Assembly: GCA_045594885.1 (NCBI GenBank)
Contig: JAZNZJ010000026.1
Location: forward strand, 3,754 to 67,753
Reading direction: 5' to 3'
DNA length: 64,000 nt
Origin: Candidatus Fimenecus sp.
GTDB lineage: Bacteria > Bacillota > Clostridia > Oscillospirales > Acutalibacteraceae
Part shown: piece by piece, positions 63,970 through 64,000 of the stretch
Layout of the letters: the number at the start of each line of letters is the position of its first letter
Numbering within the stretch: the first letter of the stretch is position 1
The notes under the pieces: model-generated
What the model saw: only the letters and a program-made list of their open reading frames with translations
Databases searched by the model: none
What the model was told of the DNA's origin: nothing
Program-made: the position numbers and the translations under genes

Positions 63970-64000
63970 ATGATAGACTGCAAAAAAATTGCTGATTTGA
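63970..64000 (+). CDS. Start of an unidentified CDS (truncated by the window end)
   Basis: ATG 7 nt after AAGAGGT. Only 10 codons (MIDCKKIADL) are visible. Confidence 0.25.
   Translation, partial: MIDCKKIADL

Noticed and set aside
1-64000. Prophage, transposon, integrative element or defence island.
   Set aside because: Reading both strands revealed no integrase, transposase, recombinase, phage structural, restriction-modification, toxin-antitoxin or cas-like proteins. The accessory character is confined to the surface-protein genes.

Overview
Low-GC Firmicutes (Clostridia-like) chromosomal window. It holds about 60 genes, nearly all on the minus strand; the plus-strand islands are 6620-10322, 38116-38976 and 63105-end.

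Housekeeping backbone: murE; leuS-rsfS-yqeK-nadD-yhbY-rdgB-ftsY-smc-(radical SAM)-rnc-trmFO-topA-dprA-(trmH-like); and infC-rpmI-rplT with an L20-leader-like attenuator. rRNA methyltransferases, a split chromate transporter, penicillin-binding/beta-lactamase-fold enzymes, an SPFH/NfeD pair, a MATE pump and a GDPD enzyme are also present. I saw no rRNA, tRNA, CRISPR array, transposase or integrase.

The accessory part (33.2-52.7 kb) encodes exported envelope proteins. The stand-out is a 14-gene minus-strand operon at 39.07-52.65 kb:
- a bitopic membrane protein;
- a 1774-aa secreted giant;
- eleven tandem ~160-aa secreted paralogs;
- a membrane-anchored protein with thrombospondin-type-3-like Ca-binding repeats.

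Seven of the eleven paralogs share a near-identical signal-peptide coding segment, five of them an identical ~65-nt repeat. The mature domain of the paralogs recurs at the C-terminus of the giant. No sortase/LPXTG, SLH or pilus-machinery genes accompany the operon. I consider it a candidate undescribed surface-fibre or cell-envelope system, possibly a remote analogue of WxL loci.

Secondary items:
- an M23 peptidase / HprK-like P-loop / PqqD / ABC exporter operon with no visible precursor peptide;
- a fused Wzz-BY-kinase ending in (GY)10;
- FtsY with an acidic C-terminal extension ending in a KKRGFFGLF motif;
- an ATC start for infC;
- two families of dispersed GC-rich hairpin (REP-like) repeats.

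All calls come from reading the sequence and ORF translations. No database search was run.
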